Shown here: positions 28,405 to 38,974 of the stretch, piece after piece | How the letters are laid out: every line of letters begins with the position of its first letter | Numbering within the stretch: the first letter of the stretch is position 1 | NCBI GenBank assembly: GCA_963718895.1 | Contig: CAVRAG010000007.1 | Span: 803,515 to 867,514 of the forward strand | Direction of reading: 5' to 3' | Origin: an uncultured Nitrososphaerota archaeon | GTDB lineage: Archaea; Thermoproteota; Nitrososphaeria; Nitrososphaerales; Gagatemarchaeaceae | Length of the DNA: 64,000 nucleotides | The notes under the pieces: generated by a model | Databases searched by the model: none | Told to the model about the DNA's origin: nothing | The model's input: the letters and a program-made list of their open reading frames with translations, nothing else | Translations under genes and position numbers: made by a program

Positions 28405-28971
28405 ATGGCCAGTCACCGAGCAGGCTCCGATATCGAGGGCCTCTTCTGCGGTGCCGACGAACTGATAGGTCTCGTCTCGACGAGGAACCTCAGCCGGACC
28501 GGGGAGACCGGGTACGCCCTTGTCTTCACGAAGGGGAGAGTAATCGGGTCGAGAAGGCCTGAGTCCGAGGCCGAGTTCGTGGTCTATCTGGGACCCGGGA
28601 GCGCGGTGACTGAGGATGGCAGGGCGCGGGCGTTCGCCGTGGGTTCGCGCCTCCTCAAGACGAGCCAGTTCGTCCTGTCAAAGGGGTCGGTCGCGCAGAT
28701 AATCTACCGTCATCCCGGCTTCCTCACCGGCGGTTTTGTGGTCTTCAAGACGTCGACCCGGGCGTTCAAGGTCGAGATTCCCGTGGTCTCAGGGTGGAAC
28801 GGCGACCCGCTCTACACATCGAAGGTCCTGCTCGAGTCTCTGGTCTCATTCTCCCCGGAGAGGCTGTATGACGGAGGGACAGGCGAGCTCTACATCGAGG
28901 GCGCCCTCAAGAGAGGGAGCGGCGCAGGCAGACCAGCTCCCCAGGCCCCGGGTCAGCTCCTGTCACGGTAG
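28405..28971 (+). CDS. Hypothetical protein (beta-rich)
   Basis: TTTAAA at 28371 precedes the ATG at 28405. Codon usage looks coding-like. Confidence 0.6.
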   Translation: MASHRAGSDIEGLFCGADELIGLVSTRNLSRTGETGYALVFTKGRVIGSRRPESEAEFVVYLGPGSAVTEDGRARAFAVGSRLLKTSQFVLSKGSVAQIIYRHPGFLTGGFVVFKTSTRAFKVEIPVVSGWNGDPLYTSKVLLESLVSFSPERLYDGGTGELYIEGALKRGSGAGRPAPQAPGQLLSR

Positions 28972-30569
28972 ACCTTGACCCAGACGAGCGCGCTCGCGAT
29001 TGCACCAATCCCCGCGGTCGCGAGGAGCAGGTAGAGGTCCTCGCGGTCGGGCACGGTCGTGAAGTAGACGTCCAGGACCGATGCCCTGCCCGCCTGCGAC
29101 GACACGCCCTCGAGCCGGGTGGAATTCCCCAGCGAGACCTGGACGGTGTAGTCTCCCTGGGGGAGGTAGAAGACCGAGAAGCCAGCCCCACCCACCACGT
29201 GCGCGAGCGTCGCGTTCCCCGACTGTACGGCGATGGACGCCCCGGAGGCCGACCTGCCGTTGAGGTAGGTCGCGACGCTCAGCTTGCTGGAGTTCACCTG
29301 GACCAGCGTGGATGAGAAGGGCTGTTCCACTGATATGGACTGCGTCTGACCACCGACCGAGACCTCCACCTGGACCGGATACTGAGCAGCGATCACGTAA
29401 AGGGTCGCTCCCCCGGAAGAAGAGGCTGCCACCCCCGGCCCTAGGGTGAAGGCGATCAGCGAGTCGTTCAGGGGGACCCCCCAGGGGCTCGCCAGGACTT
29501 TGACGACCGCAGGCTGAAGATCGAGCCTCGTCATGGTGACCATCTCAACCCCGTACGACTCGTACATCGTGTAGACTGTCCTGGGCCAGCCTGGAACGGG
29601 GTCGGCAAGTGAGACGGAGAGCGAGAAGCTCGTGGCTTTCACCACTGCCAAGGACGAGCAGTCGGGCAGGGAAACCCAGGTCTCGTCTCCGGACAGGAGG
29701 ACATCGGTCTGCTCGACCGCTAACCCTGCAGGAGTCCCGAAGAAGGCCCTCACCGCGAACCTGCCATCCCGGACCGAGGCTTTGTCGACGAGCGTTGCGT
29801 TGGCCGAGCTCGCGCCGGCATTCATCTGCACCGCCGTGATGTCTGCGACCGCAACGTCTCGGGAGACCACCGACGATGGTCCGTTGGTCGCGTACGAATA
29901 ATTCTGGTGTAGTTCGACCCAAAAGTCGAAGGGATGGAGTATGCTGCCCTGAGTGGAGATGTCGAGCGCGCTCCCGTTCTTGGCCAGGAGGAGTCTGCCC
30001 GTCCCCAGGGACGAGGGGATAGGGACAGAAGCGGCCTCCGGAGGAGAGCTCCCAACCGCGCAGGCTTGGATGTCGTACTGAATGGTCGTGGGTAGGGTGA
30101 AGTTCATCTCGAGCTGGCCGCTTCCGGATAGCGAGTACCTCTCAAGGGTCGCTGGGGACAGGGTATTCTGGCTAGTCACAAGCAGGGTCGTCTGCTCTCC
30201 CACGAGCGGCTGAGACGAGGAAGTCACAGTCAGGGTCCAGGACCCCGCCGGGCCGGAGTTCGGCAGGGCGTACAGCAAGACCGGGTCCATCGGCGTCAGG
30301 CTGGCGCGGGCTGCCTCCGCTCCTCCCGGGGTCGTGAGCGTAGCCGTCAACTGGTCCTGGGAGTCTGATGCCAACCAGATCTGGTCCCCTGGAGTATAGA
30401 CAGGGACCCCCTCGCTCACCGGGGTCATTATGCCCGGGCCGAAGCCCATCGATAGCGGGTACTGCAAGAAGGACTGGGTCTGCGCCAGGGCCGGTGCAGT
30501 GTGGAACGAGGATGAGGCAGCGGCGATGACCAGAAGCAGCACCGGCAGCAGGAGGAGGCTAGTTCGCAC
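28953..30569 (-). CDS. Secreted beta-rich surface protein with a C-terminal TM anchor (MoxR operon gene 6)
   Basis: Signal peptide, a carboxypeptidase-regulatory-like segment (FYLPQGDYTVQV) and a C-terminal TM followed by KVYR. Confidence 0.75.
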   Translation of the reverse strand: MRTSLLLLPVLLLVIAAASSSFHTAPALAQTQSFLQYPLSMGFGPGIMTPVSEGVPVYTPGDQIWLASDSQDQLTATLTTPGGAEAARASLTPMDPVLLYALPNSGPAGSWTLTVTSSSQPLVGEQTTLLVTSQNTLSPATLERYSLSGSGQLEMNFTLPTTIQYDIQACAVGSSPPEAASVPIPSSLGTGRLLLAKNGSALDISTQGSILHPFDFWVELHQNYSYATNGPSSVVSRDVAVADITAVQMNAGASSANATLVDKASVRDGRFAVRAFFGTPAGLAVEQTDVLLSGDETWVSLPDCSSLAVVKATSFSLSVSLADPVPGWPRTVYTMYESYGVEMVTMTRLDLQPAVVKVLASPWGVPLNDSLIAFTLGPGVAASSSGGATLYVIAAQYPVQVEVSVGGQTQSISVEQPFSSTLVQVNSSKLSVATYLNGRSASGASIAVQSGNATLAHVVGGAGFSVFYLPQGDYTVQVSLGNSTRLEGVSSQAGRASVLDVYFTTVPDREDLYLLLATAGIGAIASALVWVKVYRDRS

Positions 30570-31347
30570 GGGTCACCAACCACACGAACGCGACGAGCAG
30601 GAGCGACGGCGCACCGAAGACCAGGAAGGTGTCCGCTGTCAACTCTGAGGCGACGAGGCCCCACAGAAGGGCCAGGGCCGAACCGGCCGCGGAGAAGACG
30701 AGAAGGAGATCCCTCACGGGCGGGGCGTCCTCAGCCCCCATCGTCGAGTAGACGATCAAGCCCAGGTAGAGCACGACTCCAGCGGCGAGGACTATCGGTC
30801 CCGCGGCGGCTACCGTCGCTCCCTGAGCTAGGACGGCCAGGACGAGCTTCGTCATCCCGGCCAACCCCGCGATCGTCGTGGTCTGCTTTGTGGCGGAGAG
30901 AACGACGGCGAGGACGGCGAAGAGGCTCGTCGCGGTGGGGGCCAGAGACGTGATCGTCGCTCCCCTGCGAATCATGGCGGTGACCTTGTAGATCGCGAAG
31001 GCAGGGAAGACGAGCAGGAACGCCGAGGTCCAAGCCCGCAGCAGGTCCCCCGCGAGCGGCAGGTACTGCCTGTTGCCAAGGAAGACCGCGACGGACCCGA
31101 GGACCGGAATGAGGAGCACCTCTGCCGCGAAGAGGTCAGTGATGATGATTCCGTTCTTGGTCCGGAGACGGCCAATCGAGAGAATGACAATCAGCCTGGC
31201 TATCTGGCTCGCGAGGATGACAGTCTCCAGGGTATTCGCCGGGAAGAAGACCGGATTCTGGACCAGCCACAGAAGGATAGCGCCGTAGAGCGAAGTCAAT
31301 GCGAGAGTGACCCCCGCCACCACGGCCCAGACTAGGCGCGTGGTCAT
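30559..31347 (-). CDS. Polytopic membrane protein (~8 TM, MoxR operon gene 5)
   Basis: Hydrophobic throughout and overlaps both neighbouring genes. Confidence 0.75.
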   Translation of the reverse strand: MTTRLVWAVVAGVTLALTSLYGAILLWLVQNPVFFPANTLETVILASQIARLIVILSIGRLRTKNGIIITDLFAAEVLLIPVLGSVAVFLGNRQYLPLAGDLLRAWTSAFLLVFPAFAIYKVTAMIRRGATITSLAPTATSLFAVLAVVLSATKQTTTIAGLAGMTKLVLAVLAQGATVAAAGPIVLAAGVVLYLGLIVYSTMGAEDAPPVRDLLLVFSAAGSALALLWGLVASELTADTFLVFGAPSLLLVAFVWLVTRAN

Positions 31348-32414
31348 CCTGCAAGCACCAGCGAAGTCATGGCCGACAGGTCTTCCGCTCCGGTGTAGAG
31401 GGAGGCACCCCGAGGAAGATACGGGAGTCTGCCCTGTTCCGAGACGACGAGGAGCCGGCGAGACCGGGGGAGCGCGGCGAGGCCCGCCCCTCCCGCCTCC
31501 TCGGGACCCACGATGAAGAGGTCGAAGGAACCTGCGGTGGGCAGGGGAATCGGCGACGGAGGGCCCTCCCTTGTCAGGCCCCAGGCGAGCTCGGTCGCGT
31601 CCGCCAGCTCTCCAAGGTTTGACACCGCCGTCATCGCCGACCCGAGGGGGGTGGAGTGGGTGATCTCAAGGACGGACCCAATCAGGAGAAGCTGCACCCC
31701 CATCTGGGCAATCGCCTCGGCGACGAGGTCACCCCTCCTCGCCCGCTCGTCGTCGGTCCGCGACCCGACTCTGGCCCCGATAGAGACAACTTTCCGGACG
31801 TTGGCTTCTCTGATCCGGACCGGGATGGACTCATCTGGCATCCCGGCCACCCTACGCCACATGATGTCGCGTGGGTCGAGACCAATCTCGTAATTGCTCA
31901 CGGCGTAGAGCTCCTGGCCCGCCCCGCTCCTTCCAGCCGGGTTCTCCCCGAAGGAGAGGGGAGAAGCCTGCAGCCGGAGGGGCGCCCTCCTTAGCGCGAG
32001 TGGGAGCGACTCGAGGACGAAATCGAGGTTCACGGTGCGCTGCTTTGTGAAGAGCCCGAGGGGGTCGGTCGCCTGGAGCCTCAGCGTCAGGCCGTCTGTC
32101 CTCCCGGCGAGACTCGGGGTGAACACGAGCTCGGGGGTTCCGGTCTGAAGCCGGTTGACCTCGCACGAGAGCCCTGGTCGGCCCTCCAGGCTCGCAGAGG
32201 TCAGCCTCACCCATCTCGAACTCCCCGTCCCGATCTGAATAGGAATTGTCTTGGACTCGTTCTTGAAGGTACGGGCCTTCTTGATCGTCGTCGTGACGCC
32301 AGCCCTACGGAACTTGGACCAGAAGAGGCCGAGAGAAACGGCTGCCATCATCGAGAGCGACAGACCGAAGGACGCCGTGATCGATGGTCCTGCGAAGCCG
32401 AAGATGAGACTCAT
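31344..32414 (-). CDS. DUF58 domain protein
   Basis: Motifs ATDPLGLF and GAGQELYAVSNYEIGLDPRDIMWRRVA..VRIRE. Lies downstream of moxR. Confidence 0.8.
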   Translation of the reverse strand: MSLIFGFAGPSITASFGLSLSMMAAVSLGLFWSKFRRAGVTTTIKKARTFKNESKTIPIQIGTGSSRWVRLTSASLEGRPGLSCEVNRLQTGTPELVFTPSLAGRTDGLTLRLQATDPLGLFTKQRTVNLDFVLESLPLALRRAPLRLQASPLSFGENPAGRSGAGQELYAVSNYEIGLDPRDIMWRRVAGMPDESIPVRIREANVRKVVSIGARVGSRTDDERARRGDLVAEAIAQMGVQLLLIGSVLEITHSTPLGSAMTAVSNLGELADATELAWGLTREGPPSPIPLPTAGSFDLFIVGPEEAGGAGLAALPRSRRLLVVSEQGRLPYLPRGASLYTGAEDLSAMTSLVLAG

Positions 32415-32458
32415 CAGGGCCGCAGCCCCAAGGTAGTCCTTTCCCCTCCTGGTGAGCC

Positions 32459-33395
32459 CTACCGCGGCGGTTCAACCCCGTCGACTATTTCCCGGATCAC
32501 GGTCGTCACCGAGATCTCTTCCCCGCTGGTCTGCGCGGACGACCTCAGCCTCATGCGGTGCGAGAGCGACTCGACGGAGAGCTCCTTGATGTCGTCCGGC
32601 GTCACGTACCCGCGTCCCGCGAGATACGCCTTGGCCTTGGCACACCTTGTAAGGTGGACCATGGCCCGTGGGCTCGCGCCGAGAACGACCCTGATGTCGG
32701 ACCTGGTCGCGAGCGCGAGCCGGGCGAGGTAGTCTATGATCTCCTCGGAGACCCTCACCTCTCCGACACCCTGAAAGCACCGGGAGAGCTCTTCCCTCGA
32801 CACTACGCCCTTCACCGCCTCTCCCTCGGCGTCCGAGATGTTCCGTCTGATCACCTCCGACTCCGCCTCCCGCGAGGGGTACCCGAGGGTGATCTTGAGC
32901 ATGAATCTGTCGAGCTGTCCCTCGGGGAGTGGATAGACCCCCTGGAACTCGATCGGGTTCTGGGTCGCGATTACCATGTGCGGAGACGGGAGCGCCTCCG
33001 TGTGGCCCTCGATTGTGACCTGCTGCTCCTGCATCGCCTCGAGGAGCGCGCTCTGGACCTTCGGGGGAGCCCTGTTGATCTCGTCGGCCAGGAGGATGTT
33101 GGTGAAGACGGCGCCCTTCCTGAACTCGAACTCCCTATCCTTCATGTTGAAGATGAAGCCCCCGACGATGTCCAGGGGGAGCATGTCGGGCGTGAACTGG
33201 ACGCGGCGGAAGCCGAGCTCCAGGCACCGGGAGAAGCACTTCGTCAGCAGGGTCTTCGAGACGCCGGGGACGCCTTCGAGCAGGACGTGCCCCCTCGCAA
33301 GCAGGGCGGCCAGGAGCAGGTCGGTCTCCCTCTCCTTGCCTACGACCACCCTGCCGAGCTCGCTGACGACCCGGTCCCGCAGATCCGGTCGGCAC
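32459..33395 (-). CDS. moxR: MoxR family AAA+ ATPase (1-nt frameshift near the start)
   Basis: Motifs HVLLEGVPGVSKT, QFTPDMLP, LLADEINRAPPKVQSALLEAMQE, ATQNPIE and PLPEGQLDRF. Confidence 0.93.
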
Positions 33396-33745
33396 TAGCG
33401 TCGCCTCCAGAGGACCTTCACGAGCCTCATCAGCTCCGACTGGGGAAGATTGGGAGCCGGGCCTCCCCCGTACCTATAGGCCTCGTAGTCGGCGAGCGTC
33501 CGGTCGATCTCGTCCCACCTCATGTCGAGACCGACGAGCCTCGCCCTGGAGAGCCCCTCCCTCAGCGTGAACCCCTGCGGGAGATCCGGGAAGGCCCTCC
33601 TCAGGCTGGAGCCCAGTAGCGTGAAAGCGCCCCGACCGTCCGGAGGGCTTGGGATCCTCTGCCTGCTCAACTGGAGCAACGCCGCCCCCAGCGAGATGTA
33701 CACGGCGACGTTCAGGGCGACTGCGCCGATGGTCTCACTGTCCAT
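33395..33745 (-). CDS. Small membrane-anchored protein (DUF4129-like)
   Basis: N-terminal TM. The pattern TLREGL...YEAYRYGG resembles DUF4129 (TPRE...FExARYG). Confidence 0.6.
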   Translation of the reverse strand: MDSETIGAVALNVAVYISLGAALLQLSRQRIPSPPDGRGAFTLLGSSLRRAFPDLPQGFTLREGLSRARLVGLDMRWDEIDRTLADYEAYRYGGGPAPNLPQSELMRLVKVLWRRR

Positions 33746-34577
33746 GGACGAATATCCTCGTTGTCGAGATGTAATCCACAAGCGCGAAGTCGAGCACTCC
33801 CTGGACGGAGAGGAAGGACGAGGGGCGCACCGTGAGCCAAAGGAGGCTCGATTGTCCAGAGCCGCTCACCTGGGAGGCTATCATGGTCACCGGGACCTCC
33901 GCCTCATGAACCTGATCCAATCCGGTCGAGGCCGTCCCGTAATAGATGTCGAGGAAGTCGGCGGTGCTCGTTGTCGCCAAAGACGCGTTCACCGCGAGGA
34001 CGACACTCTGCCAGGGTGCGACGGATCCCGAGGAGTCCTCGTCCGAGAGGTCACCGAAGACGGCTTGGTCGACCAGCCGACTTAGCAAGACATCAGCCTC
34101 GGTCGTCAATCCCTGATAGATGCGAACCTGCGCCGATGACTTTGCGTACGGGGTCGAGACGGTCAGGGTGTAGTTCCCGACCACCAGTTGCGATCCCGCC
34201 TCACCGCTGGAGTTCGTCTCGAGCAGGAGCGGGACGGAGCCCAGGGCGTTCCTCTGAATCGTCACGTTTGCGTCCGGGACCGGGAAGACAACCTCCCTCA
34301 CTGGCCCCACCAGGACCGACGAGTTCGAAGGAAACACAGGAAAGGAGTAGTCGCCCCGAAACGAAGTGTTGACCAGGATTTCTCCCGTCTCTATCTCCAC
34401 GGTCTCTGTGGTCTTCGGAGGCGACTGCAGCGCCGGCAGCCTCTGGAGAGCCGAGGAGAGGGGCGCGACCAGCCCCGCGCCGAGGCTGCCTAGGAGAAGC
34501 GCGAGCAGGGCCACGCATACTACGAGCGTAGCGGTTCGCGCCTTCGTCGTCTTCAAGCTGGTCGCGACGATTTCCAA
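33735..34577 (-). CDS. Exported protein with a transthyretin/carboxypeptidase-regulatory-like domain (MoxR operon gene 1)
   Basis: Signal/TM segment, then PVPDANVTI..ETNSSGEA...GNYTLTVS. Confidence 0.7.
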   Translation of the reverse strand: MEIVATSLKTTKARTATLVVCVALLALLLGSLGAGLVAPLSSALQRLPALQSPPKTTETVEIETGEILVNTSFRGDYSFPVFPSNSSVLVGPVREVVFPVPDANVTIQRNALGSVPLLLETNSSGEAGSQLVVGNYTLTVSTPYAKSSAQVRIYQGLTTEADVLLSRLVDQAVFGDLSDEDSSGSVAPWQSVVLAVNASLATTSTADFLDIYYGTASTGLDQVHEAEVPVTMIASQVSGSGQSSLLWLTVRPSSFLSVQGVLDFALVDYISTTRIFVHGQ

Positions 34578-34702
34578 GTTTTGGAGTTCTAAAGGCTTTG
34601 TGGCCCCGGCACGCCGCAGTGGTGCGGGCCGCCCCGAGGTTCAGGTACGGCGGACAGGGCAACTTGGATTATAACCCTCCAAGTCAGGAGGCGGGAGCAG
34701 CC

Positions 34703-35614
34703 ATGGTGGAAGAGGTCGGTGTCAGGAAGCCGCGTCCCCATCCAAGGGTGGCCGCCTACGCGCTCCTCGCCTTTCTCAGCGTGATCTGGGGGCTCGCGTT
34801 CGTGGCCATAAGGGCCGCCGACTTCGAGCTCTCCCCGCTCTCGCTCCTGGTGCTCAGGTGGCTGATTGCCAGCGCGGGGTTCGCGGTCCTCCTTCCCTTC
34901 GCCAAGCCAAGGACGAGGTTCGAGAGACGCGACCTCCCTCGGCTCGCTGTCTTCGCGCTTATGATGGTCGTCCTCTACGGGGCGGCCCTTAACTACTCCG
35001 AGACGTCCGTCTCCTCGGGTCTGGCGGGTCTGCTGGTCTCTCTGGGTCCGGTCTTCATCGTGGCCTTCTCGGCAATCACCCTGAAGGAGAAGGTGGACAG
35101 GAGGTTGACCTTCGCCCTGCTCATCGCCGTCGTCGGGTGCGTCCTCCTCTCCGTGGGCGGCCTGAACGACGGCGGAAACTCGCCCGTCGGCGCCCTGGAG
35201 GCCATAGCTGCAGCTGTGGTGTACGCCGGTTTCGCGGTCCTCTCGAAGCCGCTGGTCGAAAAGTATGGGGCGCTCTCGGTCACTGTCTGGGGCTCGCTGA
35301 CAGGGACGGCCTTCCTCCTTCCCCTGGTTTCCGCGGAGTTCCTACGGCAGGTCTCGGTCCTCTCGTTGGACGGCTGGTTCTCGGTCGTCTACCTCTCCAT
35401 AGTCGTCACGGTGGTCGGGTACTCCATCTTCTACACGCTCGTCGGCAGAGGGGCCCTGTCGACGCTATCCATCCAGCTCTATCTGATGCCCATGGTCGCC
35501 GTGGTCGGCGGAATCCTGATCCTCCAGGAACGACTCACGGTCTTCACGGTGCTGGGTGGAGCGGCCACGCTTTTGGCGGTGTGGATCGTGCGGACGAGGA
35601 GGGACGATGGATGA
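34703..35614 (+). CDS. DMT/EamA family transporter
   Basis: Motif IWGLAFVAIR. Ten TM segments in two repeats. Confidence 0.9.
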   Translation: MVEEVGVRKPRPHPRVAAYALLAFLSVIWGLAFVAIRAADFELSPLSLLVLRWLIASAGFAVLLPFAKPRTRFERRDLPRLAVFALMMVVLYGAALNYSETSVSSGLAGLLVSLGPVFIVAFSAITLKEKVDRRLTFALLIAVVGCVLLSVGGLNDGGNSPVGALEAIAAAVVYAGFAVLSKPLVEKYGALSVTVWGSLTGTAFLLPLVSAEFLRQVSVLSLDGWFSVVYLSIVVTVVGYSIFYTLVGRGALSTLSIQLYLMPMVAVVGGILILQERLTVFTVLGGAATLLAVWIVRTRRDDG

Positions 35615-35678
35615 TTCAGTGTCACGACGCGCTTCGGTACACTTCAAATAAGGTCACCCGGACCTCTGGAACTGCAAT

Positions 35679-36176
35679 ATGAGGAAGAGCGGGTCGGACG
35701 GCAAGCCGCCCGAGGATTCGGGATTGGAAAGGATACGGAGAGCCGTGGCAGAAGGGTGGACTGTTCCCGTCGCCGAACTGGTCGGCTTCCGCCTCACGGA
35801 GGTAGAGAGGGGCAGGGCGAGGGTCGAGCTCCAGGCCAGCCAGAAACACGAGAACCCGATGGGAACGCTCCACGGCGGGATCATCTGCGACATCGCCGAC
35901 GCCGCCATGGGGATGTCCTATGCCAGCATGCTTCGCTCGGACGAGTCGTTCACGACGGTCGAGCTGAAAATCAACTTCCTCCGCCCGTTCTGGAGCGGAC
36001 GGCTCGTCGCCAGGGGCAAGGTGATAAAGATGGGCCGCACGATGGGGCTGATCGAGTGCCGGGTGACCGACGAGAAGCGAAGGCTCGTAGCCTACGCCAC
36101 CAGCACCTGCCTGACGCTTCAGGGTCCACAGACCAGCGGGCTGACCAGGACGAAGAACGGTGCCGCATCCGGCTGA
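35679..36176 (+). CDS. PaaI family thioesterase
   Basis: Motifs NPMGTLHGGIICDIADAAMG and TVELKINFLRP. Confidence 0.92.
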   Translation: MRKSGSDGKPPEDSGLERIRRAVAEGWTVPVAELVGFRLTEVERGRARVELQASQKHENPMGTLHGGIICDIADAAMGMSYASMLRSDESFTTVELKINFLRPFWSGRLVARGKVIKMGRTMGLIECRVTDEKRRLVAYATSTCLTLQGPQTSGLTRTKNGAASG

Positions 36177-36253
36177 CAGTCGGACCCGTCTTCCCCCGCT
36201 CAGATGAGAATACGCGCTAGACCCTTTTATTTCCCCGCTGGGGATTATGGACC

Positions 36254-38389
36254 ATGGAAAAGAGCGTGGCCTTGAGGGTCGCGGAGACGGACTCGAGGCT
36301 GGTCGGACATGGAAAAGCAATAGTCGATCCGAAGGTTATGGAACGGCTGGAGTTGACCAGTGGCGACGTCATCGAGATTACTGGCAAGAAGAAGGTGAGT
36401 TACACGCAGCTCTGGTCCGAATACCCGGAAGACTACGGGCTCGGGCTGATACGGATCGACGGATACACGAGGAACAACCTCGCCGTAGGCCTGGACGATA
36501 CGGTCCAGATTGCGCCCACGGAAGCCCACGCCGCCGAGGAGGTGGTGCTTGCCCCCACCGAGACGCTGAACATCTCCGGACTGGAGGAGTACCTTCCCGA
36601 GGCGCTCGAAGGCCGGGTGCTCACTAAGGGCGACTCGCTTCCCATGAACATCATGGGGTCCAAAATAGACTTCTTGGTGGACAGTGCGACCCCAGCGGGG
36701 GCCGCGGTGGTCACGCTGGAGACTCGGTTCCGCCTCGGGACGTTACGAAAGCCTTCGAACACAGGCGTGCCGCGGATAACCTACGAGGACATCGGGGGGC
36801 TGACCAGCGAGGTCCAGAAGATCCGCGAGATGATAGAGCTCCCCCTCAGGCATCCGGAGATCTTCGAGAGGGTCGGGATTGAGGCCCCCAAGGGGGTGCT
36901 TCTCTACGGCCCGCCGGGCACAGGGAAGACGCTCCTCGCCAAGGCGGTCGCGAACGAGACGAACGCGAACTTCTCCTCGATCGGCGGACCCGAGATCATG
37001 AGCAAGTACTACGGCGAGTCCGAGGAGAGGCTCAGGCAGATCTTCAAGGAGGCGCAGGAGAAGGCGCCGAGCATCATCTTCATCGACGAGATCGACTCGA
37101 TCGCCCCAAAGCGCGAGGAGGTCTCGGGCGAGATGGAGAAGAGGATCGTCTCCCAGCTGCTGACCCTGATGGACGGGCTGGAGGCGCGCGGGAAGGTCGT
37201 GGTCATCGGGGCCACCAACAGACCAGACTCGCTCGACCCGGCCCTTCGGCGCCCCGGCCGCTTCGACAGGGAGATCGAGATCGGCATCCCGGACGAGAAG
37301 AGCCGGCTGGAGATACTGCACATCCACACGAGGGGGATGCCGCTCGAGCCCGATGTGAAGCTCGAGGAGATAGCTAGGGTCACCCACGGGTTCGTCGGGG
37401 CAGACCTCCAGGCGCTGGCCAAGGAGGCCGCGATACTCGCAGTAAGGAGGGTCCTCCCGGAAATCAACATGGAGTCGACCAAGGTCCCAGCGAAGACGCT
37501 CAACAAGATCAAGGTGAGGATGCAGGACTTCCAGGACGCGCTCAGGGACGTGCAGCCCTCCGCCATGCGGGAGGTACTCGTCCAGGTACCCAACGTCAAG
37601 TGGGAGGACATCGGGGGCCTCGGCGGGGTCAAGGAGGAGCTGACCGAGGCCGTCGAGTGGCCGCTCAAGTACAGCAAGCTCTTCGAGAAGGGTGACGTCA
37701 AGCCGCCGACCGGGATCCTCCTCTACGGTCCTCCAGGGACCGGCAAGACGCTCATAGCCAAGGCCGTCGCGAACGAGAGCGAGGCGAACTTCATCAGCAT
37801 AAAGGGGCCCGAGCTCATCTCGAAGTGGGTCGGGGAGTCCGAGAAGGGCGTCAGGGAGGTCTTCAGGAAGGCTCGAGCCGCCGCTCCCTGCGTCATCTTC
37901 TTCGATGAGATCGACGCCATAGCCCCGCGCAGGAAGTCAGGCGACACCGACAGCCAGGTGACCGAGCGGGTCGTGAGCCAGCTCCTGACCGAGATGGACG
38001 GGCTGGAGGAGTTGAAGGGCGTCGTCGTCCTCGGGGCAACGAACAGGCCCGATATCATCGACGAGGCGCTGCTGCGGCCCGGAAGGTTCGACAGGATACT
38101 CCAGGTCCCGCCTCCCGACAAAGACGGGAGGATTCAGATCCTCAAAATCCATACCAGGAAGAAACCGCTCGCCAAGGACGTCGATATGGCCAAGCTCGCG
38201 GACATGACAGAGGGCTACACGGGCGCGGACCTCGCCTCGGTCGCCAACGCCGCCGTGATCGGCGCGATAAAGAAGTACGTCAAGGAGCACGGGAAGGAGG
38301 CGGACGAGTCCTCGGCCGGCCTCTCGGTGACCATGCTCGACTTCGAGGATGCGATAGAGAAGCTCAAGCGCAAGAAGTCAGGCGACTAG
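36254..38389 (+). CDS. cdc48: CDC48/VCP family AAA+ ATPase
   Basis: N-domain plus two AAA modules (GPPGTGKT twice, DEID twice, RPGRFDR twice). Confidence 0.97.
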   Translation: MEKSVALRVAETDSRLVGHGKAIVDPKVMERLELTSGDVIEITGKKKVSYTQLWSEYPEDYGLGLIRIDGYTRNNLAVGLDDTVQIAPTEAHAAEEVVLAPTETLNISGLEEYLPEALEGRVLTKGDSLPMNIMGSKIDFLVDSATPAGAAVVTLETRFRLGTLRKPSNTGVPRITYEDIGGLTSEVQKIREMIELPLRHPEIFERVGIEAPKGVLLYGPPGTGKTLLAKAVANETNANFSSIGGPEIMSKYYGESEERLRQIFKEAQEKAPSIIFIDEIDSIAPKREEVSGEMEKRIVSQLLTLMDGLEARGKVVVIGATNRPDSLDPALRRPGRFDREIEIGIPDEKSRLEILHIHTRGMPLEPDVKLEEIARVTHGFVGADLQALAKEAAILAVRRVLPEINMESTKVPAKTLNKIKVRMQDFQDALRDVQPSAMREVLVQVPNVKWEDIGGLGGVKEELTEAVEWPLKYSKLFEKGDVKPPTGILLYGPPGTGKTLIAKAVANESEANFISIKGPELISKWVGESEKGVREVFRKARAAAPCVIFFDEIDAIAPRRKSGDTDSQVTERVVSQLLTEMDGLEELKGVVVLGATNRPDIIDEALLRPGRFDRILQVPPPDKDGRIQILKIHTRKKPLAKDVDMAKLADMTEGYTGADLASVANAAVIGAIKKYVKEHGKEADESSAGLSVTMLDFEDAIEKLKRKKSGD

Positions 38390-38413
38390 CTGACCGTGAA
38401 CGGGCCAGCTCCC

Positions 38414-38863
38414 TCAGGTCTTCTGAGTCTTCTCCGAGGACCGCTCAGCCAGGGCGGAGAGCCTCTCCCCTAGCTCCTTCACCTTAGGAGAGAAGGCGGC
38501 GGTCTTTGCTGGGTCGGTCCTGCTGACCTCCTCGATGTAGGAGACGAACCCGCTTATCTCGTTGATCATCTCGTCGATGGAGGGCTGCTTCCTGAAGAAG
38601 GGTCCGAAGGACCACTCCATCTCCTCGCTAGCCTTCTCGGTGAGCTCGTACCTGCCGTCCTCCCGCTTCCTGATCAGCCCCTCGTTTGTCAGCTGCTCCA
38701 GCAGGGGGTAGACCGAGCCCGGAGAGGGCCTCCACCAGCCCTGGGTCATCTTCTCCATTTCGTCCATGAGCTCGACGCCGTTCTTGGGCGAGTTCGAAAG
38801 CATCGCGACCACGGCCATGCGTAGTCCGCGCTTCCTGTGCATCATCCATCTTAAGGGCCACAT
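38414..38863 (-). CDS. PadR family transcriptional regulator
   Basis: Sequence NGVELMDEME..GWWRPSPGSVYPLLEQL..YELTEK. Confidence 0.9.
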   Translation of the reverse strand: MWPLRWMMHRKRGLRMAVVAMLSNSPKNGVELMDEMEKMTQGWWRPSPGSVYPLLEQLTNEGLIRKREDGRYELTEKASEEMEWSFGPFFRKQPSIDEMINEISGFVSYIEEVSRTDPAKTAAFSPKVKELGERLSALAERSSEKTQKT

Positions 38864-38974
38864 GATACTAACCTGAATATCGAAATACCGAGCTTTTATG
38901 TGTTTCAGTCAAATCGCTTTTCCAATATCGTTATTCCAATACTCTTATTTACCCCTTTGTTGCACGTTCCAGGC

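Noticed and set aside
32558-33619. Long antisense/shadow ORFs (e.g. 32558..33619, 7784..8710, 56083..57030, 56775..57755, 17250..18005)
   Set aside because: They overlap well-supported genes, have no motifs, and are typical of high-GC codon bias.
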